A DNA stretch of 64,000 bases from Escherichia phage ECML-134: the sequence record JX128259; one strand, written 5' to 3'. Positions 53,855 to 63,062 of this stretch are shown here, in pieces. A model generated the notes under the pieces. That model had not been told where the DNA came from. It searched no databases and saw only the letters and a program-made list of their open reading frames with translations. The position numbers were made by a program, and so were the translations under genes. Position 1 is the stretch's first letter. The number at the start of each line of letters is the position of its first letter.

Positions 53855-54655
53855 ATGGCAGTAGTTGGTGTTCCTGGTTGGATTGGAAGTTCAGCCGCAA
53901 ATGAAACAGGACAAAGATGGATGAGTCAAGCGGCTGGACAATTAAGATTGGGTGTTCCTTGCTGGATGAGTCAATTTGCAGGTCGCTCGCGAGAAATTAT
54001 TCATACTGTAGGAGCAAACCACAATTTTAATGGTCAGTGGTTCCGTGATAGATGCTTTGAAGCTGGCGGTGCACCTATTGTATTCAATATTGTTGGTGAT
54101 ATCGTTTCTTATTCTAAAGATGTACCGCTTTTCTTTATGTATGGTGACACTCCTAACGAATACGTTGTCCTTAATATTCATGGTGGTGTCCATATGTGGG
54201 GTCGAGGTGGTAATGGTGGATACACTCACTCAGGTGGAGATGGTAACGGTACACAAGGCGGTCATGTTATTCAAAATGATATCGGTGGACGGCTTCGTAT
54301 TTGGAACTACGGTGTTATAGCTGCTGGCGGTGGTGGCGGTGGTGGTATTGCATATCGTCCACACTCAGGGGCAAACTGGCAAGATATCGGTGGCGGTGGC
54401 GGTCGACCTTTCGGTGGTGCTGGCGGTGGCGGTTATTCCGGTGGTGCTGCTTCTTATGAAGGTCCGGGTGGTGGTTACAACTATGGTAACGCACACTCCG
54501 GCGCGGGTGGTAATGCTGGCGCTGCTGGTCAGAATGCATGGTCTGATGGCGGTAAAGTTCTTAAAGTTGGTGTTGGTGGTGCTTCTGGTCATGCCGTGTT
54601 TGGATCTTCTCCAACGTGGCAAAACGTTGGAATAATATATGGTCCAAGAGTATAA
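53855..54655 (+). CDS. 38: gp38 receptor-recognising adhesin (T2/K3-type, glycine-rich)
   Basis: 266 aa with conserved Gly-rich tracts (GGGGGGG, GGGGG) separating variable segments. Confidence 0.85.
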   Translation: MAVVGVPGWIGSSAANETGQRWMSQAAGQLRLGVPCWMSQFAGRSREIIHTVGANHNFNGQWFRDRCFEAGGAPIVFNIVGDIVSYSKDVPLFFMYGDTPNEYVVLNIHGGVHMWGRGGNGGYTHSGGDGNGTQGGHVIQNDIGGRLRIWNYGVIAAGGGGGGGIAYRPHSGANWQDIGGGGGRPFGGAGGGGYSGGAASYEGPGGGYNYGNAHSGAGGNAGAAGQNAWSDGGKVLKVGVGGASGHAVFGSSPTWQNVGIIYGPRV

Positions 54656-54685
54656 TTTGAATAAATATCCTTAAAAGGAGGGTCT

Positions 54686-55342
54686 ATGGCAGCACCTAGA
54701 ATATCATTTTCACCCTCTGATATTCTATTTGGTGTTCTAGATCGCTTGTTCAAAGATAACGCTACCGGGAAAGTTCTTGCTTCCCGAGTAGCTGTCGTAA
54801 TTCTTTTATTTATGATGGCGATTGTTTGGTATAGGGGAGATAGTTTCTTTGAGTACTATAAGCAATCAAAGTATGAAACATACCGTGAAATTATTGAAAA
54901 GGAAAGAAATGCACGCTTTGAATCTGTCGCCCTGGAACAACTCCAGATAGTTCATATATCATCTGAGGCAGACTTTAGTGCGGTGTATTCTTTCCGCCCT
55001 AAAAACTTAAACTATTTTGTTGATATTATAGCATATGAAGGAAAATTACCTTCAACAATAAGTGAAAAATCACTTGGAGGATATCCTGTTGATAAAACTA
55101 TGGATGAATATACAGTTCATTTAAATGGACGTCATTATTATTCCAATTCAAAATTTGCTTTTTTACCAACTAAAAAGCCTACTCCCGAAATAAACTACAT
55201 GTACAGTTGTCCATATTTTAATTTGGATAATATCTATGCTGGAACGATAACCATGTACTGGTATAGAAATGATCATATAAGTAATGACCGCCTTGAATCA
55301 ATATGTTCTCAGGCGGCCAGAATATTAGGAAGGGCTAAATAA
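54686..55342 (+). CDS. t: Holin T
   Basis: 218 aa; single N-terminal TM helix and large periplasmic domain; T4 length. Confidence 0.93.
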   Translation: MAAPRISFSPSDILFGVLDRLFKDNATGKVLASRVAVVILLFMMAIVWYRGDSFFEYYKQSKYETYREIIEKERNARFESVALEQLQIVHISSEADFSAVYSFRPKNLNYFVDIIAYEGKLPSTISEKSLGGYPVDKTMDEYTVHLNGRHYYSNSKFAFLPTKKPTPEINYMYSCPYFNLDNIYAGTITMYWYRNDHISNDRLESICSQAARILGRAK

Positions 55343-55615
55343 TTATTTGTTTGTATACATCTCTAGATATCGATATACACCCTCAAAACCCTCGTTGAAT
55401 TCGTCGATGAGGGTTTTCTTATCTTCTTGGGTTAATTCAGAAACAATTTTACGGAATGAATTCTGATTTAACTTTCTACCTTCATGCGTTACTCCAATCT
55501 CATTCAGAAATGCAATAAAATTAGCACGATTCTCAACAATATCTTCTCTGGAAAATTTAATCAAAATAGATGCAACAGTAATAATTTCACGAACTGTATC
55601 AATGTTTTTATTCAT
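55343..55615 (-). CDS. asiA: AsiA anti-sigma70 factor
   Basis: 90 aa; recalled T4 AsiA sequence MNKNIDTVREIITVASILIKFSREDIVENRANFIAFLNEIG. Confidence 0.95.
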   Translation of the reverse strand: MNKNIDTVREIITVASILIKFSREDIVENRANFIAFLNEIGVTHEGRKLNQNSFRKIVSELTQEDKKTLIDEFNEGFEGVYRYLEMYTNK

Positions 55616-55627
55616 TAACTATACCAC

Positions 55628-55780
55628 TCAATTAGTTGACTTTGTTATAATATCATCAGACGCTTGATTTGTAAACTGGTCTGTGTTATTTTCTTCAAAA
55701 ATTTTTTCTACGAATTCCTTGAACGACTCACGTTCCTGAGCTACATTATGCTCGATTACCTTTTCAAGATTATGACTCAT
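55628..55780 (-). CDS. Small hypothetical protein (50 aa)
   Basis: ATG overlaps arn stop (ATGA); not in the supplied ORF track (below size cutoff). Confidence 0.45.
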   Translation of the reverse strand: MSHNLEKVIEHNVAQERESFKEFVEKIFEENNTDQFTNQASDDIITKSTN

Positions 55781-56055
55781 TCGAAATAATCTTCAATTTC
55801 GTAATCATGGACATAAATCATTATAGTTTTTAATACATCATCAATACTTTTTCCTGGAGCTGGAATTACGTAGAAATATCCTGCTTTTGAGAGGTCTTTA
55901 TAAGTTCCAATTAAGAAATCATTATTCTCAAGATGTAGTTCTTCAACTAATTCATTAACAATTGAATAGTATAAATTTGGTAGAAACTTATATAGCTCTT
56001 CTAGTATATCAATTTTGATTGTGTATTGAACCACAGATTGAGAATCAATAATCAT
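55777..56055 (-). CDS. arn: Arn anti-restriction nuclease (McrBC inhibitor)
   Basis: 92 aa, acidic; T4 length and position. Confidence 0.88.
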   Translation of the reverse strand: MIIDSQSVVQYTIKIDILEELYKFLPNLYYSIVNELVEELHLENNDFLIGTYKDLSKAGYFYVIPAPGKSIDDVLKTIMIYVHDYEIEDYFE

Positions 56056-56138
56056 AGACCTTCCCCTTATGTTTCTGTTTGCGATTAAATTCTTTAAACG
56101 CTTTCTTCTTATCTTTATGGACAGAAGCTTTATTAAAA

Positions 56139-56357
56139 TTATGCTTTGCGACTAAATTGTTCATAGTGCTGAATTACCTCTCTTAAACATTTGCATGTGA
56201 ATGAAAACTTTTTAGCTACACCACATTCAAACATATGTTCTCTTAAATCGCGTGTATCGGTATATCCCATCTCAACAATAAAATGCCGTATTAGATTTTT
56301 ATCTTTATCATTGAGAGAATTAAAATAATCGGATTTTGAATTAATTTCCCTGGCCAA
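56139..56357 (-). CDS. Hypothetical protein (arn.1-like)
   Basis: 72-aa ORF. Confidence 0.55.
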   Translation of the reverse strand: MAREINSKSDYFNSLNDKDKNLIRHFIVEMGYTDTRDLREHMFECGVAKKFSFTCKCLREVIQHYEQFSRKA

Positions 56358-56637
56358 ATTGAATCACCTTCAGTTGACGTTTTAATTCTTTTATCATCTC
56401 TTCGTTCATCGCAATATAAAGATCGCGTAAAGCAGGTTTTAACATTCCATTTACTGGAGAACTAAATGGACATACATAATCTTTTCCTACGAGCTTTTTA
56501 GTGAATTCAATATTACGGAACTGAAATGCCGGCTCATTGGTATAAATTCCCCAATTAGTTGACATCATTTTATTGGCATATTCCAGTGCCTGGATTTGAT
56601 TCATAATTCCATCAATTTGAAACTGTTTAATATTCAT
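56341..56637 (-). CDS. Hypothetical protein (arn.2-like)
   Basis: 98-aa ORF. Confidence 0.6.
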   Translation of the reverse strand: MNIKQFQIDGIMNQIQALEYANKMMSTNWGIYTNEPAFQFRNIEFTKKLVGKDYVCPFSSPVNGMLKPALRDLYIAMNEEMIKELKRQLKVIQFGQGN

Positions 56638-57098
56638 TAGTAAAGGTCCTCAGAATAAAGTTCTTTTTCACTACCACCACGTTCAATACGTACTTGTCCA
56701 GCGTAAGTTGCAATAATCATTGCTTCTTCACGTGTCCAATAATTACTATATTGGTCAATAAACCCTTGGTCATCATCACAAACTTGTTGAGTAACTAATT
56801 GAGGTTTAACTACATCTAAAACTTCTGCCATATCTTTAGAATAATGACGAGCACCTGGAATAATAAGAGTTCGTCCATCTTTTAATTTAAAACGATTAGC
56901 TGCACAGACAATTCGTCGTTGATACTTTTGGTTTTCATCCCAGTACGCAGTCTGCCAACAGATTTCAGGAACTTCTTTCAGAATATCTTCTTCTGTGCAT
57001 TTATAACCATGCGCTTTAAATTTTTGAACAAGACTCTCCGGAGTCTCACGAGATAAAGGCACATTCAGCATTTTTAAACGATTAATAAATGGGTTCAT
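56637..57098 (-). CDS. Hypothetical protein (arn.3-like)
   Basis: 153-aa ORF. Confidence 0.6.
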   Translation of the reverse strand: MNPFINRLKMLNVPLSRETPESLVQKFKAHGYKCTEEDILKEVPEICWQTAYWDENQKYQRRIVCAANRFKLKDGRTLIIPGARHYSKDMAEVLDVVKPQLVTQQVCDDDQGFIDQYSNYWTREEAMIIATYAGQVRIERGGSEKELYSEDLY

Positions 57099-57424
57099 TT
57101 AAACCATCCTTTAATACGCTGCCACAAAGTTTTCTGCTGAGCTTTGTTAACACCAATTGAACGAATAACCGGTTGAGATTCCTGGAATTCTTTATAATCG
57201 GCAAGGTAAATTTCGTAAGCTGCATCTGTAAAGGAACTTATCGCTGCCATAAAATTATTGCGAATACCTACTGGAGCATCTTTACTTTCACGAATAATCA
57301 TGTATTTACCAGTCTTAATCTTTACGATAGTTCCAAGATAAGCTCCATGATACCAGATGTCCCAACCCTCTTGAGTAGGTTCTGCACAGCGACGAAGTTC
57401 ATTAACAATTTCTAACTTGTTCAT
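57095..57424 (-). CDS. Hypothetical protein (arn.4-like)
   Basis: 109-aa ORF. Confidence 0.6.
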   Translation of the reverse strand: MNKLEIVNELRRCAEPTQEGWDIWYHGAYLGTIVKIKTGKYMIIRESKDAPVGIRNNFMAAISSFTDAAYEIYLADYKEFQESQPVIRSIGVNKAQQKTLWQRIKGWFK

Positions 57425-57434
57425 TATTTATTCC

Positions 57435-58070
57435 TCACAGTTCAGATGCTACAGTGATTACTGCTTCAATGTTTTCTGCCGAACGTTTAATGTCAAGATA
57501 CACATTACCATTTTTAGCGATTTTACATGACATTCCGATATCAGTAAATTTCTGAATATGATGTTCCATCATTTTGTATCCAAAAATTCGCATGTTTCCA
57601 TTGTTGTTAATTTCAAAATTACGAATTCCGTGAGTGCGTTTTTCTAAAATAGCGAGATAGTTACTGCGATAAGTTTCAACCTTTTTAAGAACAAATCCAT
57701 TTTCATCTAAAAGTTTTAACATGAGGTCTTTATCTTCTTCCATATCGGAAGTAATCTCACGAGCTTTACGAGTTGCTCGTTTTTTCAGTAGTTCCGGAGC
57801 ATTTTCCTGTGCGTATAAAGTTGCTGCATTTGAAATAATATCCTGAGCTTCACCAGTAATGATTAATCCATCACCAGATTTCTCCACCAGGCCTTTTTTA
57901 ATCAACACCCCAATATTACTATTAACTACTGCATTACCTAAATCTGGATGCACCTCACGAACTTCTGCAGCTGTAATGAAATCTTTCTTAGCAATAGTAA
58001 TTAAAATCGCAGCAGTTTTTTCATTCAGAACATCGTTAGAAGCTTTGATGATGTAAGTTACTTTAGACAT
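57435..58070 (-). CDS. motA: MotA middle-transcription activator
   Basis: 211 aa; T4 length and position; own early promoter upstream. Confidence 0.92.
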   Translation of the reverse strand: MSKVTYIIKASNDVLNEKTAAILITIAKKDFITAAEVREVHPDLGNAVVNSNIGVLIKKGLVEKSGDGLIITGEAQDIISNAATLYAQENAPELLKKRATRKAREITSDMEEDKDLMLKLLDENGFVLKKVETYRSNYLAILEKRTHGIRNFEINNNGNMRIFGYKMMEHHIQKFTDIGMSCKIAKNGNVYLDIKRSAENIEAVITVASEL

Positions 58071-58111
58071 TTTCTAATCTCCGTAATTCTGTATCAGTAG
58101 TTGATAGTTGT

Positions 58112-58141
58112 ATAGTACCATAGAATGCTTTGGTTGTAAAC
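58112..58141 (-). promoter_or_regulatory. Early promoter TTTACA-N17-TACTAT (motA)
   Basis: Near-identical copy of the 41614-41643 module upstream of motA. Confidence 0.7.
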
Positions 58142-58159
58142 AGTTTTGTGAAAAAAATT

Positions 58160-58193
58160 TTAAAATAAAAAAGGGAGAGCCGAGGCTCTCCCT
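58160..58193 (-). terminator. Terminator downstream of gene 52 and the 49-aa peptide ORF
   Basis: GGGAGAGCC-GA-GGCTCTCCC with T-run on the - strand. Confidence 0.75.
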
Positions 58194-58197
58194 AAAA

Positions 58198-58347
58198 TTA
58201 CTGCATGACTGTGATAACTGTCATGATAACACGTTGAATTCCGAACGCAAGAAGACCTCCTGCTACGGCTGGAACAACGCCTAAACCCGCCAGTAAAATG
58301 CTGCCAGATACTAATGCAGCGCTTGTAATACCAATGAATGGACTCAT
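58198..58347 (-). CDS. Small hydrophobic membrane peptide (49 aa)
   Basis: ATG overlaps gene 52 stop (ATGA); translation MSPFIGITSAALVSGSILLAGLGVVPAVAGG...; terminator hairpin immediately downstream. Confidence 0.5.
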   Translation of the reverse strand: MSPFIGITSAALVSGSILLAGLGVVPAVAGGLLAFGIQRVIMTVITVMQ

Positions 58348-59672
58348 TTGATTTCCTCTAAATCTTTGGTGTATTCAGTAACTACATCAGTAGTTTTCCA
58401 ATATTCGTTTTCTTCTTTTTTAGCTTTAGCTTCTTCAGCAAGTTTCTTTGCTTCGTCGGAAGTCATATGAAAAATATTCATTCCAACTAGATTATCAACA
58501 TAAGAAGAATACATATCGATTTTCGAAAGTTCTTCGGTCAGTTCTTTACGAGTTTTACCTTGTACAACAATTTCACCTGAAATTACTTTCTTAATGAAAT
58601 GTGCCTTGGCAAAGGCTAAACGAAAAGCTGACTCAGTTTCTTTAATTTTGTTATCAATTCGTTTTTGGACATAAGTTTTACGAACTTCAACAAAGTCTTT
58701 AATTAAATCAACTACGTTATCGTAAACTTGTAGTTTTCCTTTCTCATTAATAACCGTAATATTCTGAGAACGACGCTCAATCAACCCGAAGTCTTTCATA
58801 ATTTTTGCATGGCGTTCTTCTTCGTTATCGCTCAAAGAGTATTCTTTGCGGAATTTAACTTTGAAGCCAAAGCCATGCTCACCACAAGCATCATCCCATG
58901 TAATGAAGCCTTTATCTTCAAGCGGGTCTAAGATTTTACTCACATAAGTTTCACGATCATACTTATACGGAATCTCAGTGATATGCATTTGAGTTCGTGA
59001 AGTAAACTTATATGTTCCACGAATTTCATATTGCCCATCAATTTCAACGACTTCACCACGAAATTCTGGGAATTCTACTTTCGGTTTAGTTACTTTCTTT
59101 CCTTGAAGAGCTTGCAGTACAGCTTTCTTAACAGAAGAAACGCTATGAGGAAGAATGTAAGTTGCATAACCAGTTGCAATACCGGAAACGCCATTAAGAA
59201 GAACAGTAGGAATAATAGGCAAATAGAAAGCAGGCGGAATGTGTTCTTTATCTTGATGTACCGGAGCATATTCAGTATCTTTATATACGTTATAGAAATT
59301 TTTACTTACACGAGCAAAAATATAACGACTTGCTGCTGCTTTTTGAACGGTACGAGAACCAAAGTTTCCTTGACCATCTAACAGAGGAAAGTTATTATTC
59401 CAAGTGTTAGCCATCAAAGCGCCTGCGTCTTGCGCAGAGTTTTCACCATGATGATATCCAAGGTCCGCTACACCGCCTGCAATAGAAGCGAGTTTGTGAA
59501 ACTTATCTTTATTTCCTCGTGCCAAATCAAGAGCTCGAGCAATAACAAATCGTTGAACTGGCTTAAATCCATCAATCATATTTGGAATAGCACGATTTTC
59601 AACCGTGTACATAGCATAAGCCAATGCTTCATTATCAATGATACTTTTTAAATCGCGATTATTCAGTTGCAT
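58344..59672 (-). CDS. 52: DNA topoisomerase II medium subunit gp52 (GyrA-like)
   Basis: 442 aa, T4 length and position. Confidence 0.93.
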   Translation of the reverse strand: MQLNNRDLKSIIDNEALAYAMYTVENRAIPNMIDGFKPVQRFVIARALDLARGNKDKFHKLASIAGGVADLGYHHGENSAQDAGALMANTWNNNFPLLDGQGNFGSRTVQKAAASRYIFARVSKNFYNVYKDTEYAPVHQDKEHIPPAFYLPIIPTVLLNGVSGIATGYATYILPHSVSSVKKAVLQALQGKKVTKPKVEFPEFRGEVVEIDGQYEIRGTYKFTSRTQMHITEIPYKYDRETYVSKILDPLEDKGFITWDDACGEHGFGFKVKFRKEYSLSDNEEERHAKIMKDFGLIERRSQNITVINEKGKLQVYDNVVDLIKDFVEVRKTYVQKRIDNKIKETESAFRLAFAKAHFIKKVISGEIVVQGKTRKELTEELSKIDMYSSYVDNLVGMNIFHMTSDEAKKLAEEAKAKKEENEYWKTTDVVTEYTKDLEEIK

Positions 59673-59676
59673 AAAT

Positions 59677-59817
59677 TTACCATACTAGTGAATGTAGTGC
59701 CATAATAACATCAGAAATGAAAAGCACGACTTGAATTAATCCGAACATTACTCCATAATATAGTGCTACCAATAAAGTAGCAAGGGCTAATGAATAGCCC
59801 AAGATTTTCTTAATCAT
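59677..59817 (-). CDS. Small hydrophobic membrane peptide (46 aa)
   Basis: ATG overlaps upstream ORF stop; strongly hydrophobic; below ORF-track cutoff. Confidence 0.45.
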   Translation of the reverse strand: MIKKILGYSLALATLLVALYYGVMFGLIQVVLFISDVIMALHSLVW

Positions 59818-59968
59818 TAGTAGATAACAACACAAATGTTAAATATGCACACATACCCTGGGCTAAAGCTTGTGAAAACACACTGCTAGCATCGATACAG
59901 ATAGTTAAAACACATGCTACTATCCAACAAATAAATGAAATAACTCCTAATAATTTTGCGATATTCAT
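59810..59968 (-). CDS. Small membrane protein, paralogue B (52 aa from MNIAKLL...)
   Basis: GGAGAA RBS; shares F.CW...C....SVF.QA.AQG pattern with the adjacent ORF. Confidence 0.6.
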   Translation of the reverse strand: MNIAKLLGVISFICWIVACVLTICIDASSVFSQALAQGMCAYLTFVLLSTND

Positions 59969-59978
59969 AATATTCTCC

Positions 59979-60134
59979 TCAACTATTTTTAGAACCAATG
60001 TACGCGAATAATGATAAAATCGCTAATACGCCCTGAGCTGATGCTTGCAAAAATACTGAAGTTTCTCCAGTTATTACTGTTCCGATGCATAAAAAGAACC
60101 AACAGAAAAAGGCTATACCGTGAACAAATTTCAT
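59979..60134 (-). CDS. Small membrane protein, paralogue A (51 aa)
   Basis: GAGGAAAATATG start; MKFVHGIAFFCWFFLCIGTVITGETSVFLQASAQG...; paralogous to 59810..59968. Confidence 0.6.
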   Translation of the reverse strand: MKFVHGIAFFCWFFLCIGTVITGETSVFLQASAQGVLAILSLFAYIGSKNS

Positions 60135-60221
60135 ATTTTCCTCACTGGCGTCCGAAGACGCCTTTGGTTTTAAGATTGTTACGATAGAACTGCATCACAT
60201 GTTCGTTATGGAAATTACTCA

Positions 60222-60680
60222 TTAATATGCCTGCAAAACAAATTTAAAGTTATCAGCCAACATACGGTTCATTTCTTCAAGTGTTTGATACTCAGAATGA
60301 TGATTACGAGTAAACGCTAAAGCTAACTGTCCTTTTCCAAATCCCGTCGTCAAAGGTTTCATCTTAGAAGCAGGCAGATAAAATACTGTGTATGGAACAT
60401 TGTTATTTGCAATAGTACGTGCAAGTTGAGACCGGCGTTGACGAATATGACTTAGAACTGCACTGAATCCTTGCTTAGAACGCTGATTACCTACATAAAA
60501 TCGTGCAGACACACATGGATTACTAAATGGACGACCATCTAATTTACTTACTAAAAAGTAAAATCCAGGTTTAGATAAAATATCTTTATGCGGAGTTCCC
60601 AAAAACCACTCACCACCCTTGATTGTACCAATAACAGTAGCGCCTGCATTGTTCAGATCAGTAACAGTCATGTATTTCAT
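60222..60680 (-). CDS. ndd: Ndd nucleoid disruption protein
   Basis: About 152 aa from MKYMTVTDL...; T4 position. Confidence 0.82.
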
Positions 60681-60740
60681 ATTAATTTCCTCTAAATTAT
60701 TTTCTACTCCAAGGCCGCATGAATACACACGGCCATTAAA

Positions 60741-60956
60741 TTAATCGTCGCAGTCGACGCTCAATTCCCAAAACTCTTCTACGGTATAAGTTTCAGTATC
60801 ATTTTCAATACAGAAACGTTCATTACTGTTATTTGCTAAAGTAGCGTTAACTGTCGGTTTCTCGCTAGTGCTCTTAAGAGGTGAAATACGAATTAACTGA
60901 TCACCGTTATCTAAACAGAAAATTTCACCAACTTTTACATCTTTAAAACTTTTCAT
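60741..60956 (-). CDS. Hypothetical protein
   Basis: 71-aa ORF. Confidence 0.55.
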   Translation of the reverse strand: MKSFKDVKVGEIFCLDNGDQLIRISPLKSTSEKPTVNATLANNSNERFCIENDTETYTVEEFWELSVDCDD

Positions 60957-61071
60957 AATTCACCTCAAGGAGTATAAAATCCAAATGCAGTTGTTGACCA
61001 TCCCATCCAATACGGGAAATTTGCGCCAATGTAAAACATGAGAATATAAAACCAACCGCTCAGCAAATTCA

Positions 61072-61290
61072 TCATTTTACACCATTCCAAATTGTTTCAA
61101 CTACGGATTTTAAACCATTTTGATGAATATCCATTCCGACTACCGCCATCAAATAGATTCCAACTACAACTGAACCTAAGGCAAAAATCAGCATGAAAAT
61201 GAATAAAGCCGGAAAAATATTATCGAAAAACCATTCAATAAATGTAAAAGCACTACGTTTACGCTTCATATTTTCCTCACATAAATCCAA
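61072..61290 (-). CDS. Hypothetical membrane protein
   Basis: 72-aa ORF with TM segment FPALFIFMLIFALGSVVVGIYLMAVVG. Confidence 0.55.
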   Translation of the reverse strand: MDLCEENMKRKRSAFTFIEWFFDNIFPALFIFMLIFALGSVVVGIYLMAVVGMDIHQNGLKSVVETIWNGVK

Positions 61291-61390
61291 AGTAAACGTT
61301 TAATACATCAATCATTAAAACGATTGGGAATATACTCAAAACTATTAGTATTATAACTACATTCCATATAGCTTTAACAATCTTTTTCAT
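61277..61390 (-). CDS. Small hydrophobic membrane peptide (37 aa, MKKIVKAIWNVVIILIVLSIF...)
   Basis: Start chosen downstream of the early promoter at 61419-61448. Confidence 0.45.
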   Translation of the reverse strand: MKKIVKAIWNVVIILIVLSIFPIVLMIDVLNVYFGFM

Positions 61391-61418
61391 TTTCTGTTCC
61401 TCCGTAGTTGATAGGGTA

Positions 61419-61448
61419 ATAGTACCACGGAAGAACAGTCTTGTAAAC
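61419..61448 (-). promoter_or_regulatory. Early promoter TTTACA-N17-TACTAT
   Basis: GTTTACA ... gtggTACTAT on the - strand. Confidence 0.6.
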
Positions 61449-61633
61449 AACTTTTTTAAAAATATTCGTAATAAATGTGAATACCAACTACTACCGCTGA
61501 AACCTGTGCAACCCACCACGCACAAGCAATAAGTACAGAATTCAAAATTTTCATAATAACCTCATTACAAAAGTAAATGTTAAACAAATTACTGGAATAC
61601 TAATTAACCAAACAAAACACCACCATAATGAAC

Positions 61634-61897
61634 TCATAGTTCAATCTCAGCGATTTTCATTTCATTACTATTAATAGCCGCTTTAAGACTATCTGAAAGA
61701 ATTACATTCCAGTGATCATTCATATGACCATTAACTAAGCGTGTAATTTCTTCAGGAGTTGAAAAATAAGGCTGATCAGACTCCCAATGCGATAATCCTA
61801 AGCGAGTATAAATCATACCTTCATCGTCGCTAGAATATTCAACTGACACAAACTCATCAGTTATTTTATGTTTAGCGTAATAAAATTTAAATTTCAT
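61634..61897 (-). CDS. Hypothetical protein
   Basis: 87-aa ORF with own early promoter. Confidence 0.6.
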   Translation of the reverse strand: MKFKFYYAKHKITDEFVSVEYSSDDEGMIYTRLGLSHWESDQPYFSTPEEITRLVNGHMNDHWNVILSDSLKAAINSNEMKIAEIEL

Positions 61898-61930
61898 TTA
61901 TTCTCCAAATCCGTATCAGTCGATAGTTGT

Positions 61931-61960
61931 ATAATACCACGGTCCTTGTGGTATGTAAAC
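61931..61960 (-). promoter_or_regulatory. Early promoter TTTACA-N17-TATTAT
   Basis: GTTTACA ... gtggTATTAT on the - strand upstream of ORF 61634..61897. Confidence 0.6.
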
Positions 61961-61976
61961 TAGTTTATGAAAATTT

Positions 61977-62534
61977 TTAGATGGAAAGATACCAGCCGTT
62001 GTAGTTGCTTTTTCTTACAACCTTACGAAGGTCTTCTCTATCACCGATGAACTTCGGAGTGTACTGGATGACACCTGGATGAATTTCTTTAGTGTTGAAT
62101 ATAATTATACAGTCAGCGACTTGGTGATTCAGAATGGGCCCTAGATTTATTCCAGAACCGTATGGATACTCTCCGCTGCATCCTGTTGTTACCGAAATCC
62201 AACGTGAGTCAGTTTGATGTGTCTTAACTTCTACACGAAGCCCACAGTATTTTGGATGTGCTAAAACATCCCATGCATACGTGTACGGATCATCGACATC
62301 TTCTTGACCTTTATTAACATACCCGCTTAGCCAATCTGCTACAAAAAACTCTGCGTATACAGCGATACGGCATCTTTCGATAACTTCTGCCTTATCCTGA
62401 TTTGGGTTCTGTTTTAAAGAGTATCTTGCAGTATCAGCAATTTTGACCTTCATTTCACTAGTCAAGTCACTGTTCGATAGGGTAAATGTCGGAATCTGAA
62501 ATAGTCTCTGTAAACCCGGATTCGTTTTCTGCAT
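61977..62534 (-). CDS. denB: Endonuclease IV (DenB)
   Basis: 185 aa, T4 length and position next to rIIB. Confidence 0.8.
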   Translation of the reverse strand: MQKTNPGLQRLFQIPTFTLSNSDLTSEMKVKIADTARYSLKQNPNQDKAEVIERCRIAVYAEFFVADWLSGYVNKGQEDVDDPYTYAWDVLAHPKYCGLRVEVKTHQTDSRWISVTTGCSGEYPYGSGINLGPILNHQVADCIIIFNTKEIHPGVIQYTPKFIGDREDLRKVVRKSNYNGWYLSI

Positions 62535-62796
62535 TTAGACTTTCCTTTTTACCACTGAGATAAGCGTTATACACTTTAAGAGTACCATAGTAAATTCGAT
62601 CATTTTCATCTAAAGAATTACGATCAAGTTCATCGAGATTCTTTTTGTCCATGACTATAACATCATTGCAGTAAAGAACTCCAAGTTTTTCATGCCCAAA
62701 CTCGAATTTATTGCAGTACACAATATTAGCGTAATGATTACCGTGTAGAGAAATTTCTTTTATGTCGGTGTCACCGATATTCATACAATAAATCAT
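62467..62796 (-). CDS. Hypothetical protein (denB.1-like)
   Basis: 109-aa ORF. Confidence 0.55.
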   Translation of the reverse strand: MIYCMNIGDTDIKEISLHGNHYANIVYCNKFEFGHEKLGVLYCNDVIVMDKKNLDELDRNSLDENDRIYYGTLKVYNAYLSGKKESLNAENESGFTETISDSDIYPIEQ

Positions 62797-62805
62797 AATT
62801 TTTCC

Positions 62806-62824
62806 TTAAAACAAAAGGGCCGAA
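62806..62824 (-). terminator. Hairpin terminator / RNA stability element
   Basis: AAAGGGC-CGAA-GCCCTTT with T-rich flank. Confidence 0.55.
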
Positions 62825-62834
62825 GCCCTTTATT

Positions 62835-63062
62835 TTACTTGAATTGTGCAATTCTTTTCTCTAGACATTCAGCATAAGATTTCATTGAGATGAACTGTGA
62901 AAGTAGCAGTTCTTGCTCAACTGCACTAACTGTTAGAAACTTTGCGCTTTCTAAAAATTTGCTCAGTGCATTAATTTTGAGCATTAATTGATCGTATTCT
63001 TCTTTTACTCGTGCTTGATAACCTAACATAATTTTCCTTAATATGATAAGGGCCGAAGCCAT
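62835..63062 (-). CDS. Hypothetical protein
   Basis: 75-aa ORF between hairpins. Confidence 0.55.
   Translation of the reverse strand: MASALIILRKIMLGYQARVKEEYDQLMLKINALSKFLESAKFLTVSAVEQELLLSQFISMKSYAECLEKRIAQFK

Noticed and set aside
53942-54635. Four overlapping ORFs (64-101 aa) on both strands within the gene 38 region, some His/Arg-rich
   Set aside because: Artefacts of the GGT/GGC-rich glycine-coding repeats of gp38, which lack stop codons in several frames; no RBS and fully nested in gene 38.
56050-56166. 39-aa lysine-rich ORF (MNNLVAKHNFNKASVHKDKKKAFKEFNRKQKHKGKVYDY) upstream of arn
   Set aside because: Plausible small basic protein, but it is short, has no clear RBS and overlaps the arn start out of frame; kept as unconfirmed rather than annotated.
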